From the NCBI GenBank assembly GCA_040954595.2, contig CM082587.2, forward strand, positions 1,517,000-1,580,999: a stretch of DNA of 64,000 bases. Reading direction: 5' to 3'. Positions 1-12,200 of this stretch are shown here, in pieces (within the stretch, counting starts at the first letter, position 1; the number at the start of each line of letters is the position of its first letter). Under the pieces are notes generated by a model. The model searched no databases. It had not been told where the DNA came from and saw only the letters and a program-made list of their open reading frames with translations. This stretch comes from Balanoglossus misakiensis (taxonomy: Eukaryota; Animalia; Hemichordata). The position numbers were made by a program, and so were the translations under genes.

Positions 1-3000
1 TGAGCTATTAACCCATGTTTTTTTCAAAAATGACCAAATTTGAAAATTCGCAAAGTCGAAAAAATCTTCGATTTTGACAATGAGAAGATCCACATCTCGT
101 GAGAGTTTGAGCTATAACCCATGTTTTTTCAAAAAATGACCAAATTTTGAAAATTCGCAAAGTCGAAAAATCTTCGATTTCTGACGATTTTCCTGAGCTA
201 TAACCCATGGTTTTTTCAAAAAATGACCAAATTTTGAAAATTCGCAAAGTCGAAAAATCTTCGATTTCTGACGATTTTCCTGAGCTATAACCCATGGTTT
301 TTTCAAAAAATGACCAAATTTTGAAAATTCGCAAAGTCGAAAAATCTTCGATTTCTGACGATTTTCCTGAGCTATAACCCATGGTTTTTATCAAAAAATG
401 ACCAAATTTTGAAAATTCGCAAAGTCGAAAAATCTTCGATTTCTGACGATTTTCCTGAGCTATAACCCATGGTTTTTATCAAAAAATGACCAAATTTTGA
501 AAATTCGCAAAGTCGAAAAATCTTCGATTTCTGACGATTTTCCTGAGCTATAACCCATGGTTTTTATCAAAAAATGACCAAATTTTGAAAATTCGCAAAG
601 TCGAAAAAATCTTCGATTTCTGACGATTTTCCTGAGCTATAACCCATGGTTTTTATCAAAAAATGACCAAATTTTGAAAATTCGCAAAGTCGAAAAAATC
701 TTCGATTTCTGACGATTTTCCTGAGCTATAACCCATGTTTTTTCAAAAAATGACCAAATTTTGAAAATTCGCAAAGTCGAAAAATCTTCGATTTATGACG
801 ATTTTCCTGAGCTATAACCCATGGTTTTTATCAAAAAATGACCAAATTTTGAAAATTCGCAAAGTCGAAAAATCTTCGATTTATGACGATTTTCCTGAGC
901 TATAACCCATGGTTTTTATCAAAAAATGACCAAATTTTGAAAATTCGCAAAGTCGAAAAATCTTCGATTTCTGACGATTTTCCTGAGCTATAACCCATGG
1001 TTTTTATCAAAAAATGACCAAATTTTGAAAATTCGCAAAGTCGAAAAATCTTCGATTTCTGACGATTTTCCTGAGCTATAACCCATGGTTTTTTTCAAAA
1101 AATGACCAAATTTTGAAAATTCGCAAAGTCGAAAAAATCTTCGATTTCTGACGATTTTCCTGAGCTATAACCCATGGTTTTTATCAAAAAATGACCAAAT
1201 TTTGAAAATTCGCAAAGTCGAAAAATCTTCGATTTCTGACGATTTTCCTGAGCTATAACCCATGGTTTTTTCAAAAAATGACCAAATTTTGAAAATTCGC
1301 AAAGTCGAAAAATCTTCGATTTCTGACGATTTCCCTGAGCTATAACCCATGGTTTTTATCAAAAAATGACCAAATTTTGAAAATTCGCAAAGTCGAAAAA
1401 TCTTCGATTTCTGACGATTTTCCTGAGCTATAACCCATGGTTTTTATCAAAAAATGACCAAATTTTGAAAATTCGCAAAGTCGAAAAATCTTCGATTTCT
1501 GACGATTTTCCTGAGCTATAACCCATGGTTTTTATCAAAAAATGACCAAATTTTGAAAATTCGCAAAGTCGAAAAATCTTCGATTTCTGACGATTTTCCT
1601 GAGCTATAACCCATGGTTTTTATCAAAAAATGACCAAATTTTGAAAATTCGCAAAGTCGAAAAATCTTCGATTTCTGACGATTTTCCTGAGCTATAACCC
1701 ATGGTTTTTATCAAAAAATGACCAAATTTTGAAAATTCGCAAAGTCGAAAAATCTTCGATTTCTGACGATTTTCCTGAGCTATAACCCATGGTTTTTATC
1801 AAAAAATGACCAAATTTTGAAAATTCGCAAAGTCGAAAAATCTTCGATTTCTGACGATTTTCCTGAGCTATAACCCATGGTTTTTATCAAAAAATGACCA
1901 AATTTTGAAAATTCGCAAAGTCGAAAAATCTTCGATTTCTGACGATTTTCCTGAGCTATAACCCATGGTTTTTATCAAAAAATGACCAAATTTTGAAAAT
2001 TCGCAAAGTCGAAAAATCTTCGATTTCTGACGATTTTCCTGAGCTATAACCCATGGTTTTTATCAAAAAATGACCAAATTTTGAAAATTCGCAAAGTCGA
2101 AAAATCTTCGATTTCTGACGATTTTCCTGAGCTATAACCATGGTTTTTATCAAAAAATGACCAAATTTTGAAAATTCGCAAAGTCGAAAAATCTTCGATT
2201 TCTGACGATTTTCCTGAGCTATAACCCATGGTTTTTATCAAAAAATGACCAAATTTTGAAAATTCGCAAAGTCGAAAATCTTCGATTTCTGACGATTTCC
2301 TGAGCTATAACCCATGGTTTTTATCAAAAAATGACCAAATTTTGAAAATTCGCAAAGTCGAAAAATCTTCGATTTCTGACGATTTTCCTGAGCTATAACC
2401 CATGGTTTTTATCAAAAAATGACCAAATTTTGAAAATTCGCAAAGTCGAAAAATCTTCGATTTCTGACGATTTTCCTGAGCTATAACCCATGGTTTTTTC
2501 AAAAAAATGACCAAATTTTGAAAATTCGCAAAGTCGAAAAATCTTCGATTTCTGACGATTTTCCTGAGCTATAACCCATGGTTTTTATCAAAAAATGACC
2601 AAATTTTGAAAATTCGCAAAGTCGAAAAATCTTCGATTTCTGACGATTTTCCTGAGCTATAACCCATGGTTTTTATCAAAAAATGACCAAATTTTGAAAA
2701 TTCGCAAAGTCGAAAAATCTTCGATTTCTGACGATTTTCCTGAGCTATAACCCATGGTTTTTATCAAAAAATGACCAAATTTTGAAAATTCGCAAAGTCG
2801 AAAAATCTTCGATTTCTGACGATTTTCCTGAGCTATAACCCATGGTTTTTATCAAAAAATGACCAAATTTTGAAAATTCGCAAAGTCGAAAAATCTTCGA
2901 TTTCTGACGATTTTCCTGAGCTATAACCCATGGTTTTTATCAAAAAATGACCAAATTTTGAAAATTCGCAAAGTCGAAAAATCTTCGATTTCTGACGATT

Positions 3001-6000
3001 TTCCTGAGCTATAACCCATGGTTTTTTATCAAAAAATGACCAAATTTTGAAAATTCGCAAAGTCGAAAAATCTTCGATTTCTGACGATTTTCCTGAGCTA
3101 TAACCCATGGTTTTTATCAAAAAATGACCAAATTTTGAAAATTCGCAAAGTCGAAAAATCTTCGATTTCTGACGATTTTCCTGAGCTATAACCCATGGTT
3201 TTTATCAAAAAATGACCAAATTTTGAAAATTCGCAAAGTCGAAAAATCTTCGATTTCTGACGATTTTCCTGAGCTATAACCCATGGTTTTTATCAAAAAA
3301 TGACCAAATTTTGAAAATTCGCAAAGTCGAAAAATCTTCGATTTCTGACGATTTTCCTGAGCTATAACCCATGGTTTTTATCAAAAAATGACCAAATTTT
3401 GAAAATTCGCAAAGTCGAAAAATCGTCGATTTCTGACGATTTTCCTGAGCTATAACCCATGGTTTTTATCAAAAAATGACCAAATTTTGAAAATTCGCAA
3501 AGTCGAAAAATCTTCGATTTCTGACGATTTTCCTGAGCTATAACCCATGGTTTTTATCAAAAAATGACCAAATTTTGAAAATTCGCAAAGTCGAAAAATC
3601 TTCGATTTCTGACGATTTTCCTGAGCTATAACCCATGGTTTTTTCAAAAAATGACCAAATTTGAAAATTCGCAAAGTCGAAAAATCTTCGATTTCTGACG
3701 ATTTTCCTGAGCTATAACCCATGGTTTTTATCAAAAAATGACCAAATTTTGAAAATTCGCAAAGTCGAAAAATCTTCGATTTCTGACGATTTTCCTGAGC
3801 TATAACCCATGGTTTTTATCAAAAAATGACCAAATTTTGAAAATTCGCAAAGTCGAAAAATCTTCGATTTCTGACGATTTTCCTGAGCTATAACCCATGG
3901 TTTTTATCAAAAAATGACCAAATTTTGAAAATTCGCAAAGTCGAAAAATCTTCGATTTCTGACGATTTTCCTGAGCTATAACCCATGGTTTTTATCAAAA
4001 AATGACCAAATTTTGAAAATTCGCAAAGTCGAAAAATCTTCGATTTCTGACGATTTTCCTGAGCTATAACCCATGGTTTTATCAAAAATGACCAAATTTT
4101 GAAAATTCGCAAAGTCGAAAAATCTTCGATTTCTGACGATTTTTCCTGAGCTATAACCCATGGTTTTTATCAAAAAATGACCAAATTTTGAAAATTCGCA
4201 AAGTCGAAAAATCTTCGATTTCTGACGATTTTCCTGAGCTATAACCCATGGTTTTTATCAAAAAATGACCAAATTTTGAAAATTCGCAAAGTCGAAAAAT
4301 CTTCGATTTCTGACGATTTTCCTGAGCTATAACCCATGGTTTTTATCAAAAAATGACCAAATTTTGAAAATTCGCAAAGTCGAAAAATCGTCGATTTCTG
4401 ACGATTTTCCTGAGCTATAACCCATGGTTTTTTATCAAAAAATGACCAAATTTGAAAATTCGCAAAGTCGAAAAATCGTCGATTTCTGACGATTTTCCTG
4501 AGCTATAACCCATGGTTTTTTCAAAAAATGACCAAATTTTGAAAATTCGCAAAGTCGAAAAATCGTCGATTTCTGACGATTTTCCTGAGCTATAACCCAT
4601 GGTTTTTTCAAAAAATGACCAAATTTTGAAAATTCGCAAAGTCGAAAAATCTTCGATTTCTGACGATTTTCCTGAGCTATAACCCATGGTTTTTATCAAA
4701 AAATGACCAAATTTTGAAAATTCGCAAAGTCGAAAAATCTTCGATTTCTGACGATTTTCCTGAGCTATAACCCATGGTTTTTATCAAAAATGACCAAATT
4801 TTGAAAATTCGCAAAGTCGAAAAATCTTCGATTTCTGACGATTTTCCTGAGCTATAACCCATGGTTTTTTCAAAAAATGACCAAATTTTGAAAATTCGCA
4901 AAGTCGAAAAATCTTCGATTTCTGACGATTTTCCTGAGCTATAACCCATGGTTTTTTCAAAAAATGACCAAATTTTGAAAATTCGCAAAGTCGAAAAATC
5001 TTCGATTTCTGACGATTTTCCTGAGCTATAACCCATGGTTTTTATCAAAAATGACAAATTTTGAAAATTCGCAAAGTCGAAAAATCTTCGATTTCTGACG
5101 ATTTTCCTGAGCTATAACCCATGGTTTTTATCAAAAAATGACCAAATTTTGAAAATTCGCAAAGTCGAAAAATCTTCGATTTCTGACGATTTTCCTGAGC
5201 TATAACCCATGGTTTTTATCAAAAAATGACCAAATTTTGAAAATTCGCAAAGTCGAAAAATCTTCGATTTCTGACGATTTTCCTGAGCTATAACCCATGG
5301 TTTTTATCAAAAAATGACCAAATTTTGAAAATTCGCAAAGTCGAAAAATCTTCGATTTCTGACGATTTTCCTGAGCTATAACCCATGGTTTATCAAAAAA
5401 TGACCAAATTTTGAAAATTCGCAAAGTCGAAAAATCTTCGATTTCTGACGATTTTCCTGAGCTATAACCCATGGTTTTTATCAAAAAATGACCAAATTTT
5501 GAAAATTCGCAAAGTCGAAAAATCTTCGATTTCTGACGATTTTCCTGAGCTATAACCCATGGTTTTTATCAAAAAATGACCAAATTTTGAAAATTCGCAA
5601 AGTCGAAAAATCTTCGATTTCTGACGATTTTCCTGAGCTATAACCCATGGTTTTTATCAAAAAATGACCAAATTTTGAAAATTCGCAAAGTCGAAAAATC
5701 TTCGATTTCTGACGATTTTCCTGAGCTATAACCCATGGTTTTTATCAAAAAATGACCAAATTTTGAAAATTCGCAAAGTCGAAAAATCTTCGATTTCTGA
5801 CGATTTTCCTGAGCTATAACCCATGGTTTTTATCAAAAAATGACCAAATTTTGAAAATTCGCAAAGTCGAAAAATCTTCGATTTCTGACGATTTTCCTGA
5901 GCTATAACCCATGGTTTTTATCAAAAAATGACCAAATTTTGAAAATTCGCAAAGTCGAAAAATCTTCGATTTCTGACGATTTTCCTGAGCTATAACCCAT

Positions 6001-8786
6001 GGTTTTTATCAAAAAATGACCAAATTTTGAAAATTCGCAAAGTCGAAAAATCTTCGATTTCTGACGATTTTCCTGAGCTATAACCCATGGTTTTTATCAA
6101 AAAATGACCAAATTTTGAAAATTCGCAAAGTCGAAAAATCTTCGATTTCTGACGATTTTCCTGAGCTATAACCCATGGTTTTTATCAAAAAATGACCAAA
6201 TTTTGAAAATTCGCAAAGTCGAAAAATCTTCGATTTCTGACGATTTTCCTGAGCTATAACCCATGGTTTTTATCAAAAAATGACCAAATTTTGAAAATTC
6301 GCAAAGTCGAAAAATCTTCGATTTCTGACGATTTTCCTGAGCTATAACCCATGGTTTTTATCAAAAAATGACCAAATTTTGAAAATTCGCAAAGTCGAAA
6401 AATCTTCGATTTCTGACGATTTTCCTGAGCTATAACCCATGGTTTTTTCAAAAAATGACCAAATTTTGAAAATTCGCAAAGTCGAAAAATCTTCGATTTC
6501 TGACGATTTTCCTGAGCTATAACCCATGGTTTTTATCAAAAAATGACCAAATTTTGAAAATTCGCAAAGTCGAAAAATCTTCGATTTCTGACGATTTTCC
6601 TGAGCTATAACCCATGGTTTTTATCAAAAAATGACCAAATTTTGAAAATTCGCAAAGTCGAAAAATCTTCGATTTCTGACGATTTTCCTGAGCTATAACC
6701 CATGGTTTTTATCAAAAAATGACCAAATTTTGAAAATTCGCAAAGTCGAAAAATCTTCGATTTCTGACGATTTTCCTGAGCTATAACCCATGGTTTTTAT
6801 CAAAAAATGACCAAATTTTGAAAATTCGCAAAGTCGAAAAATCTTCGATTTCTGACGATTTTCCTGAGCTATAACCCATGGTTTTTATCAAAAAATGACC
6901 AAATTTTGAAAATTCGCAAAGTCGAAAAATCTTCGATTTCTGACGATTTTCCTGAGCTATAACCCATGGTTTTTATCAAAAAATGACCAAATTTTGAAAA
7001 TTCGCAAAGTCGAAAAATCTTCGATTTCTGACGATTTTCCTGAGCTATAACCCATGGTTTTTATCAAAAAATGACCAAATTTTGAAAATTCGCAAAGTCG
7101 AAAAATCTTCGATTTCTGACGATTTTCCTGAGCTATAACCCATGGTTTTTATCAAAAAATGACCAAATTTTGAAAATTCGCAAAGTCGAAAAATCTTCGA
7201 TTTCTGACGATTTTCCTGAGCTATAACCCATGGTTTTTATCAAAAAATGACCAAATTTTGAAAATTCGCAAAGTCGAAAAATCTTCGATTTCTGACGATT
7301 TTCCTGAGCTATAACCCATGGTTTTTTCAAAAAATGACCAAATTTTGAAAATTCGCAAAGTCGAAAAATCTTCGATTTCTGACGATTTTCCTGAGCTATA
7401 ACCCATGGTTTTTATCAAAAAATGACCAAATTTTGAAAATTCGCAAAGTCGAAAAATCTTCGATTTCTGACGATTTTCCTGAGCTATAACCCATGGTTTT
7501 TATCAAAAAATGACCAAATTTTGAAAATTCGCAAAGTCGAAAAATCTTCGATTTCTGACCATTTTCCTGAGCTATAACCCATGGTTTTTTCAAAAAATGA
7601 CCAAATTTTGAAAATTCGCAAAGTCGAAAAATCTTCGATTTCTGACGATTTTCCTGAGCTATAACCCATGGTTTTTTCAAAAAATGACCAAATTTTGAAA
7701 ATTCGCAAAGTCGAAAAATCTTCGATTTCTGACGATTTTCCTGAGCTATAACCCATGGTTTTTATCAAAAAATGACCAAATTTTGAAAATTCGCAAAGTC
7801 GAAAAATCTTCGATTTCTGACGATTTTCCTGAGCTATAACCCATGGTTTTTTCAAAAAATGACCAAATTTTGAAAATTCGCAAAGTCGAAAAATCTTCGA
7901 TTTCTGACGATTTTCCTGAGCTATAACCCATGGTTTTTATCAAAAAATGACCAAATTTTGAAAATTCGCAAAGTCGAAAAATCTTCGATTTCTGACGATT
8001 TTCCTGAGCTATAACCCATGGTTTTTTCAAAAAATGACCAAATTTTGAAAATTCGCAAAGTCGAAAAATCTTCGATTTCTGACGATTTTCCTGAGCTATA
8101 ACCCATGGTTTTTATCAAAAACTGACCAAATTTTGAAAATTCGCAAAGTCGAAAAATCTTCGATTTCTGACGATTTTCCTGAGCTATAACCCATGGTTTT
8201 TATCAAAAAATGACCAAATTTTGAAAATTCGCAAAGTCGAAAAATCTTCGATTTCTGACGATTTTCCTGAGCTATAACCCATGGTTTTTATCAAAAAATG
8301 ACCAAATTTTGAAAATTCGCAAAGTCGAAAAATCTTCGATTTCTGACGATTTTCCTGAGCTATAACCCATGGTTTTTTCAAAAAATGACCAAATTTTGAA
8401 AATTCGCAAAGTCGAAAAATCTTCGATTTCTGACGATTTTCCTGAGCTATAACCCATGGTTTTTATCAAAAAATGACCAAATTTTGAAAATTCGCAAAGT
8501 CGAAAAATCTTCGATTTCTGACGATTTTCCTGAGCTATAACCCATGGTTTTTATCAAAAAATGACCAAATTTTGAAAATTCGCAAAGTCGAAAAATCTTC
8601 GATTTCTGACGATTTTCCTGAGCTATAACCCATGGTTTTTATCAAAAAATGACCAAATTTTGAAAATTCGCAAAGTCGAAAAATCTTCGATTTCTGACGA
8701 TTTTCCTGAGCTATAACCCATGGTTTTTTCAAAAAATGACCAAATTTTGAAATTTCGCGAAGTCGAAAAATTGACATTTCTGGATG
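1..8786 (-). repeat. Satellite DNA array, left arm (reverse orientation), about 100 monomers, mostly the 88-bp form
   Basis: Continuous tandem copies of the reverse complement of CCATGGGTTATAGCTCAGGAAAATCGTCAGAAATCGAAGATTTTTCGACTTTGCGAATTTTCAAAATTTGGTCATTTTTTGATAAAAA. The array runs off the left edge of the window. Scattered homopolymer indels occur in 1-5,400. Confidence 0.98.
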
Positions 8787-9222
8787 GGTTATAGCTCATG
8801 AAAATCATCCAGAAATGTCAATTTTTCGACTTCGCGAAATTTTCAAAATTTGGTCATTTTTTGATAATAACCATGGGTTATAGCTCATGAAAATCATCCA
8901 GAAATGTCAATTTTTCGACTTCGCGAAATTTCAAAATTTGGTCATTTTTTGATAAAAACCATGGGTTATAGCTCATGAAAATCATCCAGAAATGTCAATT
9001 TTTCGACTTCGCGAAATTTCAAAATTTGGTCATTTTTTGATAAAAACCATGGGTTATAGCTCATGAAAATCATCCAGAAATGTAAATTTTTCGACTTCGC
9101 GAAATTTCAAAATTTGGTCATTTTTTGATCAAAACCATGGGTTCTAGCTCAGGAAAATCATCCAGAAATGTCAATTTTTCGACTTCGCGAAATTTCAAAA
9201 TTTGGTCATTTTTTGATAAAAA
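8750..9222. repeat. Type-B satellite subfamily block spanning the inversion junction (one partial reverse copy plus five forward copies)
   Basis: Monomers read CTCATGAAAATCATCCAGAAATGTCAATTTTTCGACTTCGCGAAATTTC instead of type-A CTCAGGAAAATCGTCAGAAATCGAAGATTTTTCGACTTTGCGAATTTTC. Forward copies start at 8784, 8871, 8959, 9047 and 9135. Confidence 0.95.
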
Positions 9223-12200
9223 CCATGGGTTATAGCTCAGGAAAATCGTCAGAAATCGAAGATTTTTCGACTTTGCGAATTTTCAAAATTTGGTCATTTT
9301 TTGATAAAAACCATGGGTTATAGCTCAGGAAAATCGTCAGAAATCGAAGATTTTTCGACTTTGCGAATTTTCAAAATTTGGTCATTTTTTGATAAAAACC
9401 ATGGGTTATAGCTCAGGAAAATCGTCAGAAATCGAAGATTTTTCGACTTTGCGAATTTTCAAAATTTGGTCATTTTTTGATAAAAACCATGGGTTATAGC
9501 TCAGGAAAATCGTCAGAAATCGAAGATTTTTCGACTTTGCGAATTTTCAAAATTTGGTCATTTTTTGATAAAAACCATGGGTTATAGCTCAGGAAAATCG
9601 TCAGAAATCGAAGATTTTTCGACTTTGCGAATTTTCAAAATTTGGTCATTTTTTGAAAAAACCATGGGTTATAGCTCAGGAAAATCGTCAGAAATCGAAG
9701 ATTTTTCGACTTTGCGAATTTTCAAAATTTGGTCATTTTTTGAAAAAACCATGGGTTATAGCTCAGGAAAATCGTCAGAAATCGAAGATTTTTCGACTTT
9801 GCGAATTTTCAAAATTTGGTCATTTTTTGATAAAAACCATGGGTTATAGCTCAGGAAAATCGTCAGAAATCGAAGATTTTTCGACTTTTCAAAATTTGGT
9901 CATTTTTTGAAAAAACCATGGGTTATAGCTCAGGAAAATCGTCAGAAATCGAAGATTTTTCGATTTTGCGAATTTTCAAAATTTGGTCATTTTTTGATAA
10001 AAACCATGGGTTATAGCTCAGGAAAATCGTCAGAAATCGAAGATTTTTCGACTTTGCGAATTTTCAAAATTTGGTCATTTTTTGATAAAAACCATGGGTT
10101 ATAGCTCAGGAAAATCGTCAGAAATCGAAGATTTTTCGACTTTGCGAATTTTCAAAATTTGGTCATTTTTTGATAAAAACCATGGGTTATAGCTCAGGAA
10201 AATCGTCAGAAATCGAAGATTTTTCGACTTTGCGAATTTTCAAAATTTGGTCATTTTTTGAAAAAACCATGGGTTATAGCTCAGGAAAATCGTCAGAAAT
10301 CGAAGATTTTTCGACTTTGCGAATTTTCAAAATTTGGTCATTTTTTGATAAAAACCATGGGTTATAGCTCAGGAAAATCGTCAGAAATCGAAGATTTTTC
10401 GACTTTTCAAAATTTGGTCATTTTTTGAAAAAACCATGAGTTATAGCTCAGGAAAATCGTCAGAAATCGAAGATTTTTCGACTTTGCGAATTTTCAAAAT
10501 TTGGTCATTTTTTGATAAAAACCATGGGTTATAGCTCAGGAAAATCGTCAGAAATCGAAGATTTTTCGACTTTGCGAATTTTCAAAATTTGGTCATTTTT
10601 TGATAAAAACCATGGGTTATAGCTCAGGAAAATCGTCAGAAATCGAAGATTTTTCGACTTTGCGAATTTTCAAAATTTGGTCATTTTTTGATAAAAACCA
10701 TGGGTTATAGCTCAGGAAAATCGTCAGAAATCGAAGATTTTTCGACTTTGCGAATTTTCAAAATTTGGTCATTTTTTGATAAAAACCATGGGTTAAAGCT
10801 CAGGAAAATCGTCAGAAATCGAAGATTTTTCGACTTTGCGAATTTTCAAAATTTGGTCATTTTTTGATAAAAACCATGGGTTATAGCTCAGGAAAATCGT
10901 CAGAATTCGAAGATTTTTCGACTTTGCGAATTTTCAAAATTTGGTCATTTTTTGAAAAAAACCATGGGTTATAGCTCAGGAAAATCGTGAGAAATCGAAG
11001 ATTTTTCGACTTTGCGAATTTTCATTTTCAAAATTTGTCATTTTTTGAAAAAACCATGGGTTATAGCTCAGAAAATCGTCAGAAATCGAAGATTTTTCGA
11101 CTTTGGAATTTTTCAAAATTTGGTCATTTTTTGAAAAATCCATGGGTTATAGCTCAGAAAATCGTCAGAAATCGAAGATTTTTCGACTTTGCGAATTTTC
11201 AAAATTTTGGTCATTTTTTGAAAAAAACCATGGGTTTATAGCTCAGGAAAAATCGTCAGAAACGAAGATTTTTCGACTTTGCGAATTTTCAAAATTTGGT
11301 CATTTTTGAAAAAACATGGGTTATAGCTCCAGGAAAATCGTCAGAAATCGAAGATTTTTCGACTTTGCGAATTTTCAAAATTTGGTCATTTTTTAAAAAA
11401 CCATGGGTATAGCTCAGGAAAATCGTCAGAAATTCGAAGATTTTCGACTTAGCGAATTTTCAAAATTTGGTCATTTTTTGAAAAAACCATGGGTTATAGC
11501 TCGGGAAAATCGTCAGAAATCGAAGATTTTTCGACTTTGCGAATTTTCAAAATTTGGTCATTTTTTGAAAAAACCATAGGGTTATAGCTCAGGAAAATCG
11601 TCAGAAATCGAAGATTTTTCGACTTTGCGAATTTCAAAATTTGGTCATTTTTTGATAAAAACCATGGGTTATAGCTCAGGAAAATCGTCAGAAATCGAAG
11701 ATTTTTCGACTTTGCGAATTTTCAAAATTTGGTCATTTTTTGATAAAAACCATGGGTTATAGCTCAGGAAAATCGTCAGAAATCGAAGATTTTTCGACTT
11801 TGCGAATTTTCAAAATTTGGTCATTTTTTGAAAAAAACCATGGGTTATAGCTCAGGAAAATCGTCATAAATCGAAGATTTTTTCGACTTTGCGAATTTTC
11901 AAAATTTGGTCATTTTTTGAAAAAAACCATGGGTTATAGCTCAGGAAAATCGTCATAAATCGAAGATTTTTCGACTTTGCGAATTTTCAAAATTTGGTCA
12001 TTTTTTGATAAAAACCATGGGTTATAGCTCAGGAAAATCGTCATAAATCGAAGATTTTTCGACTTTGCGAATTTTCAAAATTTGGTCATTTTTTGATAAA
12101 AACCATGGGTTATAGCTCAGGAAAATCGTCAGAAATCGAAGATTTTTCGACTTTGCGAATTTTCAAAATTTGGTCATTTTTTGAAAAAACCATGGGTTAT

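Noticed and set aside
79-108. ~30-bp non-satellite insert (AATGAGAAGATCCACATCTCGTGAGAGTT) in the first monomer
   Set aside because: It is a single occurrence at the window edge among indel-rich monomers, with no target-site duplication or recognisable element; most likely a consensus error.
10980-11500. Cluster of apparently diverged monomers
   Set aside because: The differences are mostly 1-2-bp indels and the corresponding copy at ~19.0-19.5 kb is clean, which points to a low-quality consensus patch rather than a subfamily.
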